Virus record (IMG/VR): IMGVR_UViG_3300020123_000589
Location: 64,001 to 128,000 of that record
Origin: a virus
Length of the DNA: 64,000 nt
Strand: one strand, 5' to 3'
Shown here: piece by piece, positions 48,986-58,830 of the stretch
How the letters are laid out: each line of letters starts with the position of its first letter
Numbering within the stretch: the first letter of the stretch is position 1
Program-made: the position numbers and the translations under genes
The notes under the pieces: model-generated
Seen by the model: the letters and a program-made list of their open reading frames with translations, nothing else
Databases searched by the model: none
Told to the model about the DNA's origin: nothing

Positions 48986-49062
48986 CGGGCCTTCGTATAA
49001 CGCTGTACACGGTGCGCTTAATCCAGATAACCGAAGTGTAGGTTCAATCCCTACAGGCCCGA
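48986..49062 (+). tRNA. tRNA-like RNA with abnormal anticodon arm (possibly CCA/Trp)
   Basis: Perfect acceptor CGGGCCT/AGGCCCG, D stem, T arm GTAGG-TTCAATC-CCTAC; anticodon arm is 24 nt instead of 17. Confidence 0.65.
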
Positions 49063-49084
49063 TTAAAGATTTTGGAAGATGATA

Positions 49085-49157
49085 GCCCGAGTAGCTCAAT
49101 TGGCAGAGCAATCCCTTTGTAAGGGAAAGGTTGTAGGTTCAACTCCTATCTTGGGCT
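49085..49157 (+). tRNA. tRNA-Thr(UGU)
   Basis: Canonical cloverleaf, loop TTTGTAA; CCA not encoded. Confidence 0.93.
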
Positions 49158-49183
49158 GTGATCTTCTAAAGGAGATTATGTGA

Positions 49184-49447
49184 ATGTTTAAAAATTGTAT
49201 AATGGTGGGATACCACCGTGTTAATAAACGCGGTGAGAGGATTTATGCAATTAAATTTCGATGGAGTAAATGGATCGAAACAAAGAACCCATTGAAAACC
49301 TTGAATCGGTGTGGGGACCTATTTTACTTTACCCCCGAGTATCTTGAGAAGAAAGGTTTGATTGATAATTTAGGTGTTATGGAGTTGCATTACTACAGAC
49401 GAAAATATGGAAAGCTTAAGAAAGCTTGTATTTTGGAATTAAAATAA
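49184..49447 (+). CDS. hypothetical protein with DNL-like motif
   Basis: AAGGAG RBS; IDNLGVMEL near C-terminus. Confidence 0.55.
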   Translation: MFKNCIMVGYHRVNKRGERIYAIKFRWSKWIETKNPLKTLNRCGDLFYFTPEYLEKKGLIDNLGVMELHYYRRKYGKLKKACILELK

Positions 49448-49450
49448 TAG

Positions 49451-49621
49451 ATGAAAATTTGTAAACGATGTCAACACGATTTTGAAGAACACAATGATGA
49501 TATGGCATGTAGTAATATAACATTTGGAAAGAAAAAAAGTAAACCTCACGATGGTTTAATATTGGAAAGAAATTGCGGATATATTGATGTTGTCTGTCCA
49601 TGCCCACATTTTTTGGCATAG
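49451..49621 (+). CDS. small zinc-finger protein (missing from ORF track)
   Basis: MKICKRCQHDFEEH...CPCPHFLA. Confidence 0.55.
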   Translation: MKICKRCQHDFEEHNDDMACSNITFGKKKSKPHDGLILERNCGYIDVVCPCPHFLA

Positions 49622-49636
49622 ACATAGTGAATTAAA

Positions 49637-51094
49637 ATGATTTACCAAATTCTTATAAATAATGTTTCTTCTCAAATAACTCCCGCCTTGGATCAGGCGG
49701 TCGTTAATGCTTTGCGTAATAAACTCTCATTTGAGATGCCAGGAATTTATTATATGAAGAAGATTAACCCTTATGCAGGTGTAAAATACTTTTTCACCCC
49801 AAAGACTCAAATTTTTCCTACTGGCTTAATCCATTACGTAAGGGATGTGTTGGATCTTTACAAAGTCCCCTATGAACAGGTTGATATGCGTAAAGCTCCT
49901 GTTTTAGGCCCCGAAATCCCATTAAAAGGTGTCCAGCTTCGAGATTACCAAGAAGATGCCGTAAAACGAGCTGTAGAGCGTCAGCGGGGCATTATAAAGG
50001 CAGGTACGGGGGCTGGAAAGTCCATTACAGCAGCTAGTTTGATTGGAAAACTAAATGTCCCAACAATTTTATTCATCCACAAGACCGATGTTTTCTACCA
50101 GCTTATAAATACCCTTGAGGATACTCTTCAAGTCCCGATAGGTAAAATTGGTAATGGCCATTGCGATATACAACGAATCAATGTTGGAATGATTCAGACA
50201 ATCGCTCGTGCTTTTGATCCCACCCTTAAAGCGGAGGAGAAGGACAATGAGTTCTTGAAAGAGAAAGGCGATGTCATTAGAAAGGTTGTACAGGAAGCTG
50301 AATGTTTGGTGGCCGATGAGACACATCATTTAGCTTCGGATAGTTTTTGGACAGTTTATAAAGCAGCAGAAAAAGCTTTTTATCGTTACGGATTTAGTGG
50401 TTCTCCTTGGCGGGATGACAATGCAACGATTATGATTGAGGGCGGAACGGCTAAACAAATTATTGATATCCCAGCCAGTACTCTTATTGATCGAGGATAT
50501 CTATCACCCGTAGATATTTACCTTTATGATTTTGAGCATGAGCGACAACCCAAGGGAATTAAATATGCAACCCTCTATAATACTGAAATTATGCTTAAAT
50601 TGGAGCGTAACAATTTTATAGTAAATTTAGCTTTAAAAGCTGCTAACTCAGGAAAGAGTGTTCTCATTGCGGTAACTAAAGTAGAACATGGAGAGTTGTT
50701 AGAAACCCTATTAAAAAAGCAAGATAAAAATGCTATATTTGTACATGGGGAATCTAATAATGAATTACGCAGGAAAGTTTTAGATGGGTTAAGTAATCAT
50801 ACTCAAAAAATTGCGATTTGTACAACTATTTTCGGGGAAGGAGTTGATTCTCCTGGATTAGATGTTCTTATAAATGCTAAGGCAGGTGCATCTAGTGTTG
50901 ATGCTTTTCAATTGGTAGGGCGTGTTCTTCGTAAAACGCAAGCTAAGAAAAAAGCTTACGTTATTGATATAAGTGACTCTGGCTGTAGATTTTTTGGGCA
51001 ACATTCATCTGAGAGATTAAAAATATATTCGACAGAGCCAAATTATAAACTTAAGTTTGTAAAAGACATTTCGCAAATTGTATTTGATGTGTAG
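49637..51094 (+). CDS. superfamily 2 DNA helicase (UvsW-like)
   Basis: LRDYQ, GTGAGKS, DETH, FGEGVD, QLVGRVLR. Confidence 0.92.
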   Translation: MIYQILINNVSSQITPALDQAVVNALRNKLSFEMPGIYYMKKINPYAGVKYFFTPKTQIFPTGLIHYVRDVLDLYKVPYEQVDMRKAPVLGPEIPLKGVQLRDYQEDAVKRAVERQRGIIKAGTGAGKSITAASLIGKLNVPTILFIHKTDVFYQLINTLEDTLQVPIGKIGNGHCDIQRINVGMIQTIARAFDPTLKAEEKDNEFLKEKGDVIRKVVQEAECLVADETHHLASDSFWTVYKAAEKAFYRYGFSGSPWRDDNATIMIEGGTAKQIIDIPASTLIDRGYLSPVDIYLYDFEHERQPKGIKYATLYNTEIMLKLERNNFIVNLALKAANSGKSVLIAVTKVEHGELLETLLKKQDKNAIFVHGESNNELRRKVLDGLSNHTQKIAICTTIFGEGVDSPGLDVLINAKAGASSVDAFQLVGRVLRKTQAKKKAYVIDISDSGCRFFGQHSSERLKIYSTEPNYKLKFVKDISQIVFDV

Positions 51095-51095
51095 T

Positions 51096-51734
51096 TTAAG
51101 ATTTTAATCTAATCTCTTCAAGAATTTGTCCATACCATTCGGAAATTTTTAGTAAATCACATTTTTTGTTCTTTTTAGCATTTTCAGAGATAGTTAAATA
51201 CTGAAGATTCCAACTAACATGTAAACCAGATACTAGTTTGCCTTGAAGAGGAATTATGTGATCCATGGCCATTCCTTTCGGTCTTTTTCTTTCAAATTCT
51301 TTTATTTTATCCCAATCTGCCCATGGAGGAATTCGTAATTTTCTTTCAGCATGATTTTTTATATTATTTAATCTCCAAGTTTCAGGTTTTCTGTTCTTTT
51401 TTATTTGTTCTTTATTCTTTTCCCAATATTCATGAGCATATTGGTATATTTCATTCTTATGTTCTTCTCTCCACTGCTTCATAACTTCTGGATGAGTATT
51501 CCTAAATTCTGTATTACGTTCTTTACTACAATCTCTACAAAGTTTTTGTTTGGTTCTTCCACAAATAAAAGTATCATGTCCTCGTGGACAAAATTGAACT
51601 TTTGGTTTTGGATGTGGAATACGCCGTGCCTTGGCTTTCTCATTTTTACACTGTCTGCACCCCCCATTTTTTGTACATCCTAAAATATCTTTATCGTGCC
51701 CATTTTTACAAAAACGCTCTTTTGGCCTAGCCAT
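51096..51734 (-). CDS. HNH endonuclease with N-terminal Zn-binding repeats
   Basis: DHIIPLQGKLVSGLHVSWNLQYLTISEN; two FCxxGH...CxxC repeats; AGGAG RBS. The only convincing minus-strand gene. Confidence 0.85.
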   Translation of the reverse strand: MARPKERFCKNGHDKDILGCTKNGGCRQCKNEKAKARRIPHPKPKVQFCPRGHDTFICGRTKQKLCRDCSKERNTEFRNTHPEVMKQWREEHKNEIYQYAHEYWEKNKEQIKKNRKPETWRLNNIKNHAERKLRIPPWADWDKIKEFERKRPKGMAMDHIIPLQGKLVSGLHVSWNLQYLTISENAKKNKKCDLLKISEWYGQILEEIRLKS

Positions 51735-51818
51735 AATAAACTCCTAATTTTAGTTGTTTTATAGATATGAATACTCTCTAATAACACCACATTTTATTAC
51801 ATTTTTAAACATGATTTC

Positions 51819-51847
51819 TTGACAAGTTTATAAAAGTATGCTATACT
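51819..51847 (+). promoter_or_regulatory. sigma70-type promoter
   Basis: TTGACA-17-TATACT with extended TG. Confidence 0.75.
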
Positions 51848-51862
51848 ACGAAGAGGTGAACT

Positions 51863-52060
51863 TTGAAGAGTAATAGAATTCCTTGCTTATGTGGACATAT
51901 TGAATCAGTTCATATTAAACATGGAGGCATATTTAACGCACCAGATGTTATGTGTGCCGATTGTTTTTATAAACCCGGACCTGGAGGACACTGGCATTAT
52001 TTTAGTCCAGATAATTTATCTTATGTGGAAACTCTAGCAAAGGAGCGGAAATTGATATGA
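51863..52060 (+). CDS. small zinc-finger protein with C-terminal DNL motif
   Basis: GAGGTG RBS; CLCGH...H...CADC...PDNLSYVETLAKERKLI. Confidence 0.7.
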   Translation: MKSNRIPCLCGHIESVHIKHGGIFNAPDVMCADCFYKPGPGGHWHYFSPDNLSYVETLAKERKLI

Positions 52061-52722
52061 GTATAAAAATAGTTTGCATTTCGGACACACATCTTTCCCA
52101 CAACCAAGTAGAAATCCCTGAATGTGACCTTTTAATCCATGCAGGGGATTTTTCATTTGTTGGAAAAATGGTTGACGTTATAGAATTGAATCAATGGTTT
52201 GGAAAGCTTAAAGAGAAAGGTACTATTAAACAGGCAATTTTAATCGCTGGCAATCATGATTGGATAGCCCAAAAAAATCCTAGTTGGACCAAAGAAGCTT
52301 TTACCAACTGCATTTATCTTGACGAAGAACCTTGTGAAGTGTTTGGGCTTAAAGTATTTGGATCAGCTTGGACTCCTGAATTTAATAATTGGGCGTTCAA
52401 TGCAAAACGTGGAAAAGAGATTGCTCGACACTGGGCCAAGATTCCTGATGATACGCAAATCCTGGTAACGCATGGGCCTCCGCATGGGATTTTGGATATT
52501 AACACTGAGGAGATTTACAGCTTACCGTTAGGTCCAGATCATTTAGGTTGTGAAGAGCTTAGGAAGCGTGTAGATGAATTGAAAGAATTAAAATTGCACG
52601 TTTTTGGACATATCCACAGTTCATCAAATACTCAAACAATCAACGGTGTTCAGTTTATCAATGCCTCAGTTTTAAATGAATCTTATGAGGTAATTTATCC
52701 TCCAAGAATAGTTACGTTATGA
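52057..52722 (+). CDS. calcineurin-like metallophosphoesterase
   Basis: SDTH, HAGD, GNHD, THGPP, FGHIH. Confidence 0.92.
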   Translation: MSIKIVCISDTHLSHNQVEIPECDLLIHAGDFSFVGKMVDVIELNQWFGKLKEKGTIKQAILIAGNHDWIAQKNPSWTKEAFTNCIYLDEEPCEVFGLKVFGSAWTPEFNNWAFNAKRGKEIARHWAKIPDDTQILVTHGPPHGILDINTEEIYSLPLGPDHLGCEELRKRVDELKELKLHVFGHIHSSSNTQTINGVQFINASVLNESYEVIYPPRIVTL

Positions 52723-52892
52723 AATGCGAAGAAAAGAAACTCTACATCACCGAGCATGAAGCAATCCTTGGCAAACTGCGTACAGAGCGTAAAAGAAAGG
52801 TACGATTGCGTGTTTACAATTGCGATAAATGCAAAGGATGGCATCTCACTTCCCACCTGTTAATCTGGCAATCCCAAAAGCTCTATTTGTAA
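52719..52892 (+). CDS. small YxCxxCxxWHLT zinc-binding protein (paralogue starts at 60543)
   Basis: ATGA overlap; VYNCDKCKGWHLTS. Confidence 0.55.
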   Translation: MKCEEKKLYITEHEAILGKLRTERKRKVRLRVYNCDKCKGWHLTSHLLIWQSQKLYL

Positions 52893-52958
52893 AACCCCTC
52901 TAAAAATAGCATCAAATTATCCCTTGACAAAATACCCTTTTCCTGCTAAACTGTTTAT

Positions 52959-53135
52959 GTGGAAACAGAAGAAAAGCTCTGTGAATACTGCAAACACAAA
53001 GCAAGTGATCATCGTGTTGTTAATTCTGGTGCTTGTGGTGATCCCGAATGTTGTGGTAGCGAATATGAATGGTGTGAGGAATGCGGAGAATCTTGCAGCG
53101 GTTTTGATTTGAGAGAAAGGTGGTATGGAAGATGA
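52959..53135 (+). CDS. Cys-rich zinc-finger protein, leaderless GTG start (missing from ORF track)
   Basis: Promoter TTGACA-17-TAAACT at 52924-52952; METEEKLCEYCKHKASDH...CEECGESC. Confidence 0.6.
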   Translation: METEEKLCEYCKHKASDHRVVNSGACGDPECCGSEYEWCEECGESCSGFDLRERWYGR

Positions 53136-53297
53136 AATGTTCAAAATCCTTTAAGCAAGTTCTGCTTACATCTTGGGGTATGACTGAATTACAAAAAGGC
53201 AAACCCTATGATGAAGTGAAGCTTGAAATGAAGAAATTGAATCGACTAACCACTGAAGAGATTAAAAAGATTCGATCTGAGCAAGGAGGAAAATAAC

Positions 53298-53579
53298 ATG
53301 GAAGAAAAACTTATCGTAACTATGGGTGACTTGAATACAGAACGATACTCTAATTTGTTAGAGGCGAAAGATCTTCTTGAAGTGTCAGGATTGAAATGGG
53401 AGAAGTTGAATACAATCATTGAAGAAGTTAAATCGTTAGCGCAAATTACCAACCCTAATTGGATGGGTTGGTATGATCGAGATGTATTAGAGGATATGTA
53501 TAAGCGTGGAAAAGTTGAATACGATTTGAATGGTGAAGAACCAACCATTGCTTTGGATATTTCAGAAGATGGAGAATAA
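53298..53579 (+). CDS. hypothetical protein
   Basis: AAGGAGG RBS; 93 aa. Confidence 0.6.
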   Translation: MEEKLIVTMGDLNTERYSNLLEAKDLLEVSGLKWEKLNTIIEEVKSLAQITNPNWMGWYDRDVLEDMYKRGKVEYDLNGEEPTIALDISEDGE

Positions 53580-53580
53580 C

Positions 53581-54222
53581 ATGGACCGTTACTATTTAAG
53601 CTGTACATACTGCGAAAGACCAATGGCTGTGAATGTGGAAGTTGGCAGTACAATTGAAGAGGTTGCCGAATCCGCCTGTCCTCTTTGTGGTGAAACGGCT
53701 CTTAGAATTATGGGCCGTGTTGAAAAAACAGATATCGTTCGAAGTAAAGTAAAGGCAGCTTGTGATTTGCGGTGTACCAATGCGGTTGGTCCTAAATGTA
53801 ACTGTGAGTGTGGGAATGTCAACCATGGAACCCACAAGCTTGTAAGATATGATAAGTTCTTCCGTAAGCTTGAAATAGTTGAGAAGGATTTACTTAATAA
53901 CAATGAAGAATACTTGGCCAGGATCAAAAGGATGGCCGCAGCTAAGGTTGACATCAAGCAGCGAGTGTTGGCTTTCTTGGAATGGAAAAATAAGAAGATT
54001 TTAGATTGGTTGCAGAAGCCTGGAAATAGTTCGTGGAGATTGGCAAACGAAGAATACACAAGTTATTTGAAATACCTCGAACTAAAGAAAAGAATTGAAA
54101 AGATCGAGGATCTACGGTCGATTCAGCGCAAGATAAATCAGCTTGTCAAAATGATATCCCAAATTGGTCCAACACTCGACTATATTGAAGCCGTGGCGGA
54201 AGCGAGAGGACTTGTAAAATGA
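53581..54222 (+). CDS. Cys-rich protein with variant C-terminal motif
   Basis: CTYC, CPLC, CDLRC..A.G..CNCECG..NHG; ends PTLDYIEAVAEARGLVK. Confidence 0.65.
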   Translation: MDRYYLSCTYCERPMAVNVEVGSTIEEVAESACPLCGETALRIMGRVEKTDIVRSKVKAACDLRCTNAVGPKCNCECGNVNHGTHKLVRYDKFFRKLEIVEKDLLNNNEEYLARIKRMAAAKVDIKQRVLAFLEWKNKKILDWLQKPGNSSWRLANEEYTSYLKYLELKKRIEKIEDLRSIQRKINQLVKMISQIGPTLDYIEAVAEARGLVK

Positions 54223-54413
54223 CCCCTGAGAAACTCCTAACCAAAGAGGAACGCAAAGCCATTATAGACAAGCTTGTAGAGTACGATGCAGAGATGTATT
54301 TTAACATTGCGATTGGTAAAGGAGCAGGAGAGGCTGGTAGGATTAAGAAGAATATCCGAAGGCTTTACAATAAGTGGGATGATGCTAAGCTGTTGAGCGT
54401 GAGATTTAATTAG
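54219..54413 (+). CDS. hypothetical protein
   Basis: ATGA-coupled 64-aa ORF. Confidence 0.5.
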   Translation: MTPEKLLTKEERKAIIDKLVEYDAEMYFNIAIGKGAGEAGRIKKNIRRLYNKWDDAKLLSVRFN

Positions 54414-54414
54414 T

Positions 54415-54984
54415 ATGCCACATAGTACGTTTGCAAAACGAAGAGCTTATTATAAGAGACGCAGAAAATACTTTAATAAGAAAAGTCTTGAATATTATCA
54501 TGCTCATAAAAGAAGGATGAAGAAGCAACGTAAAAAGTGGAGAGATACTCCAAAAAATAAAAAGAAACTATTAAGAGAAAAAAGAAAATATTATCGAAAG
54601 CATAGAGCTAAATTTTTACGTTGGCATAAAAAATATTATAAGAAACATAGAAGGCGCATAAGAGAACGAACAGCTTCTCCAACTATCAGGTACTCAAATT
54701 TTAGAACCAGTTCTAAAAGAAGAAAATTGGTTTGCAATATAAAATTGGAGACATATGTTAAATTAATTTCCAAACCCTGTTTTTATTGCGGTGGTAAATT
54801 AGAAAGATTTGGTATAGGACTTGATAGAATAAATAGTTTAAAAGGTTATATTGTTGGAAATGTTGTGCCGTGCTGTCCTATGTGTAATACGATAAAATGG
54901 GATCTTACTGTAAAAGAATTATTAATACACATAAAATTAATATACAAACGATTTAAAAAAGGGTACTTTAAAAAATATTTATGA
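54415..54984 (+). CDS. HNH endonuclease with very basic N-terminus
   Basis: PCFYCG...GLDRINSLKGYIVGNVVPCCPMCNTIK. Confidence 0.85.
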   Translation: MPHSTFAKRRAYYKRRRKYFNKKSLEYYHAHKRRMKKQRKKWRDTPKNKKKLLREKRKYYRKHRAKFLRWHKKYYKKHRRRIRERTASPTIRYSNFRTSSKRRKLVCNIKLETYVKLISKPCFYCGGKLERFGIGLDRINSLKGYIVGNVVPCCPMCNTIKWDLTVKELLIHIKLIYKRFKKGYFKKYL

Positions 54985-55994
54985 ATAAAATCGTGGAAAT
55001 AAAATTTGGAAGTCATTTATATGGGTGTGCTACACAATCTAGTGATTCCGACTTTAAGGGTATTTATTTACCAACGTCCAGGCAGATCGTTCTTGGGCAG
55101 GGAAAGCATAACGTCAGTACATCACGTCCGAAGAAAGAATTTGAGAAGAATAGTAAAGATGATGTGGATTCCGAAACCTTCAGTCTCAAAGAATATTTAA
55201 AGCTGCTTTGTGAAGGACAGACGGTTGCGTTGGACATGCTTTTTAGTCCCGCCTCTTTTCATGTGTTCAAAGGGGAGCGGTATGATTTATTTCAGAACAT
55301 TTATGAGAATAAAGATAAGTTGCTTTCTAAGGGGATTTTAAGTTTCATTGGATACGCCAGAAAGCAGAGCGCGAAATACGGGATCAAAGGATCTCGCGTT
55401 CGAGCAGTAAAGGATACACTTGAATTTTTGAATACAGCTGTTTCTAATGGTGTTAACAACCAATTACTTTTAAAAGATACTAATGTAAAAAGTGGATTAG
55501 ATAATTTTATTACATCGGTTAATTCAGAATTCATTAAATATGTAGAATTGCCAGATCCTAACGGAATAATAGTACCTTATTTTGAGGTGTGCAACCGAAA
55601 GTTTCAAATGACAAATTCTATCAAATATACGTTAGCGGTTTTAAATAAAATTTACGATGAATATGGGCAACGGGCTAAGTTGGCTGAGGTTAACGATGGA
55701 ATAGATTGGAAAGCATTGAGCCATGCTGTGCGTGTCAACTTTGAAGGACAGGAACTATTGAAGACAGGATTTATTACATTTCCCTGTCCAGAAAGGAAGC
55801 TTCTTTTGGATATTAAGACAGGTAAACTTCCCTATAAAGAGGTTGAAATCCTAATTGAGAATGGATTAAAGGATTTAGAGAATGCCCAAAAAACCTCTAA
55901 ATTACCACAAAAACCCGATCTCAAATGGGCTGAGGATTTTGTGTACGACGTTTATTCTGAGATTGTCAAAAATAAACCCTTGACAATTTTATAA
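54981..55994 (+). CDS. pol-beta superfamily nucleotidyltransferase (RlaP/NrdC.11-like)
   Basis: FGSHLYG...SDSDFKGIY, GYA..Q, DWKALSHAVR, LLDIKTG, SKLP.KPD. Confidence 0.85.
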   Translation: MNKIVEIKFGSHLYGCATQSSDSDFKGIYLPTSRQIVLGQGKHNVSTSRPKKEFEKNSKDDVDSETFSLKEYLKLLCEGQTVALDMLFSPASFHVFKGERYDLFQNIYENKDKLLSKGILSFIGYARKQSAKYGIKGSRVRAVKDTLEFLNTAVSNGVNNQLLLKDTNVKSGLDNFITSVNSEFIKYVELPDPNGIIVPYFEVCNRKFQMTNSIKYTLAVLNKIYDEYGQRAKLAEVNDGIDWKALSHAVRVNFEGQELLKTGFITFPCPERKLLLDIKTGKLPYKEVEILIENGLKDLENAQKTSKLPQKPDLKWAEDFVYDVYSEIVKNKPLTIL

Positions 55995-56008
55995 AATTCT
56001 GCTATACT
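55980..56008 (+). promoter_or_regulatory. sigma70-type promoter ahead of small membrane-peptide ORFs (56014-56139, 56146-56295)
   Basis: TTGACA-17-TATACT with extended TG; ATG 5 nt downstream. Confidence 0.75.
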
Positions 56009-56464
56009 AAATTATGAAGACAAAACAAATGAAAGCTTTTATAAAAAATTACTGGATAGCACTTCTTGGAAGCGTTGTTATTATTGGAATGTTAATTGTT
56101 GATGGCTGGATGGTTTTCAGCCAATGTTCTCTTTGGTAAAATAAAATGGATAATGGAAATTTAAAACTTTTAATTTTGGGTATGTTGCTTGGGGCGATAC
56201 TCTTGGCGAGTGGAATGGTTTTTAATTCCCTCTCAAATGTTCTTCATAACATTCAAGTGAAATCTACAAATGAAGGAGTGCTCCTTAAACTTTAATGAAT
56301 ATTGAGTTTACTGATTATTTTGAAGATGCTGTATCTTGTTGGGAACTGTCTAACAAGACGAACATTTCAAATTTAATAAAACGTTGCCTGTTTAAAAAAA
56401 TTATAAAGAAGGAAGCTTTTGAATTACTGATGGTTGAAGTAGACAATTGGAATGGGAGAAAATT

Positions 56465-56713
56465 ATGAAGTTGGTAAAATGTTTGCATTGCAAAGTGTTC
56501 CTAATCCACAATAAAGAAGAGTATAAACGGCATGAAACGAAGCACCATGCTTATCATGCTTCTAAATATGAACCACATCATCATCGCCCTTTGAGCAATG
56601 AAGAATTTAATAGCATAGTGGCAAAAGGTGAAGAGCGGTTTAAACAGGCCCTTTTTGTACCAGATAATCCAATTAATTTACGCAGCAGAAGTACTGGCTA
56701 CGGCCAGCAATAA
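56465..56713 (+). CDS. hypothetical His-rich C2H2-like protein
   Basis: GGGAG RBS; CLHC...HETKHH. Confidence 0.5.
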   Translation: MKLVKCLHCKVFLIHNKEEYKRHETKHHAYHASKYEPHHHRPLSNEEFNSIVAKGEERFKQALFVPDNPINLRSRSTGYGQQ

Positions 56714-56739
56714 CAACACCCGAAAGGAAAGGAACGAAA

Positions 56740-58170
56740 ATGAAAAAGCTAATTGTTGTACTCGCTCTTGTCATGAGTGTTGCTACTCTGGCCAAAGCGT
56801 CAAACGTAACGGATACGGGACCAGGAAGTGCAGGAGATGTTCTTTATTTCACAGGTCAAGCAGGAAATGATCAAGGGACTTGGAGCAATTTGCCAAGTCT
56901 GGTACAGACGATTGTAAATAATAACATCACAGTTCCAGCGACTGTTGGTTCTGGAGTTAACGGAGCTACCCCAGATACGGTTGGTAATTTGAATTTTGTC
57001 GGTACAGGATTGACATCCTCTGTATCAGGTTCAGGTTCTACAGCCACATCTAACATTGACTTCAGTAATTTGTCAACCGTTGAGGGTCAGACGAATGCAA
57101 CAAACATTACAAACGTAAGCAACTCACTAGATACAACGAACAGCAATGTTACGAACTTAACAAATACGGTTAACAGCAATTCTACGGATATTAGTGGATT
57201 GCAAACGACTGTCAATCAACACACAACGCAAATCAATCAGAATACCTCTGATATCAGCACCTTGAATAGTGGATTGAACACGACTAATACGAACGTGACC
57301 AATCTATCCAACAAGGAAGCCGGAGATGTTGCTTCTATTAATAACATGTCTGATCCAAGCACTATCTTGAATCAAACTGTTAATGCCAATACACAAAACA
57401 TTGCCGCTGAAACTATTCGTGCAACAGGTGCAGAAAGCGTCCTCCAAAGCAACATTAATGGGGAAACAGCTCGTGCTACTGGTGTTGAAAGTGGAATTCA
57501 GAACATGACGGATGGTAGTTTGTTGAGCAATACCGTTAATACCCATACTCAACAAATTAGTGCGTTGAATACGGGATTGACAAATGAAACAAATCGCGCA
57601 GAAGGTGCTGAAGGAGTTTTGCAGAACAACATTAACAACGAAGCTTCTACACGCGCTTCGGCTGACCAAGCGTTGCAGAATCAGATTAACAATGTGAATG
57701 CTCAAGCACAAGACAATACCAATCGCATTGATCGTTTGGAACAGACTAAGTATTTGTTGGAGCCTACCGTTCGAATCTATGATGGTAAGCTTTTTCAAGT
57801 GCAAGCGTTTGATTCTTATGATGTTCGACACGGTACTAACTTTGCTTTGGGTGCTCGTGTAATGTTGAAACTTGGAAAGTCTTATGAAGAGAAGCTTCTT
57901 GCTAAGACGAACCCTGAGATTGCTCGTCTTCTTTCAGCTAATGTATCCCATGACATTGCAGAACGGGATGCTATTCGTCAGCAGCTTGCTGAAGACCGCG
58001 CTCTTATTCAAAAGCAAAGTGAGCTTCTTGCTAAGTTGACTACGCCACAAGCCACTGTTCTTAGTGTTCCAGTTGTATCTTCAGATCATGTCTTTGGAAC
58101 TCCTTCTAAGGCTGATGAAGATCTTCTTCAAGCCTTGGATGCAAAGAATGAGGCGTTCGCAGCCAAGTAA
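56740..58170 (+). CDS. exported coiled-coil adhesin-like protein
   Basis: Sec-type signal MKKLIVVLALVMSVATLAKA; Asn/Thr heptads, ETxRAxGAE repeats, beta-strand domain. Confidence 0.65.
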   Translation: MKKLIVVLALVMSVATLAKASNVTDTGPGSAGDVLYFTGQAGNDQGTWSNLPSLVQTIVNNNITVPATVGSGVNGATPDTVGNLNFVGTGLTSSVSGSGSTATSNIDFSNLSTVEGQTNATNITNVSNSLDTTNSNVTNLTNTVNSNSTDISGLQTTVNQHTTQINQNTSDISTLNSGLNTTNTNVTNLSNKEAGDVASINNMSDPSTILNQTVNANTQNIAAETIRATGAESVLQSNINGETARATGVESGIQNMTDGSLLSNTVNTHTQQISALNTGLTNETNRAEGAEGVLQNNINNEASTRASADQALQNQINNVNAQAQDNTNRIDRLEQTKYLLEPTVRIYDGKLFQVQAFDSYDVRHGTNFALGARVMLKLGKSYEEKLLAKTNPEIARLLSANVSHDIAERDAIRQQLAEDRALIQKQSELLAKLTTPQATVLSVPVVSSDHVFGTPSKADEDLLQALDAKNEAFAAK

Positions 58171-58176
58171 CGAATC

Positions 58177-58214
58177 TACACTGCAAGGGCATCGAAAGGT
58201 GCCCTTCAGCGTAT
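58177..58214 (+). terminator. hairpin between the exported-protein genes
   Basis: AAGGGCATC-GAAA-GGTGCCCTT core stem. Confidence 0.55.
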
Positions 58215-58243
58215 ATTCAAACTAAAAAAGAGAGGGAAACGAA

Positions 58244-58759
58244 ATGAACAAGAAAACAGTAATGGCCATTCTGTTAGCTAGTTTGTTTATTGCCCCGTTG
58301 GTATCAGCCAACTGCGGTAATGGCAACGACAATGGAAATGGTTGTAGTGGTGGCAACACAGGATCACAGGGACCACAAGGGCCACAGGGAAATCCTGGAC
58401 TAAATGGTTCTAACGGCGCAAATGGAACCAATGGTTCTAATGGAACAAATGGAGCTGCCGGATTAAATGGAACAAATGGGGCCAATGGACTTAATGGCGT
58501 AGACGCAGTAAATCAGTCTCGTCTTTTAGGGGAATTGGATCTTCGCGTTTGGGATACAAAGCGCACGTCTTTTTATGCCTTTGATTCCTATGGATTCAAT
58601 GATGCTCCAGGAAATGATGTTGTTATGGATGGCCGCAATGCATTCTATGGATTCAAGTTTGTTGTTAAGCTTGGCTCCTCCTATGAAGAACGATTGTTGG
58701 ATAAACAAGCAGGACAGATCAAAGCATTAGAAGCAGCATTAGCAAAGTTGTCTAAGTAG
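58244..58759 (+). CDS. exported collagen-like protein
   Basis: Signal peptide, Gly-X-Y repeats, C-terminal domain paralogous to 56740-58170. Confidence 0.7.
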   Translation: MNKKTVMAILLASLFIAPLVSANCGNGNDNGNGCSGGNTGSQGPQGPQGNPGLNGSNGANGTNGSNGTNGAAGLNGTNGANGLNGVDAVNQSRLLGELDLRVWDTKRTSFYAFDSYGFNDAPGNDVVMDGRNAFYGFKFVVKLGSSYEERLLDKQAGQIKALEAALAKLSK

Positions 58760-58830
58760 TCTTTAGCTTGTTCCTGGGGTGTTTTGACCTTTAGGCATTA
58801 CATCGAGCGGGAACAAGCATAAGGATTAAA

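Noticed and set aside
48887-49111. ORF-track calls across the tRNA cluster
   Set aside because: Shadow ORFs over tRNA genes.
52924-53112. 62-aa ORF-track call starting at TTG
   Set aside because: Its start is the -35 box; the Cys-rich frame 52959-53135 fits the promoter and the local gene family better.
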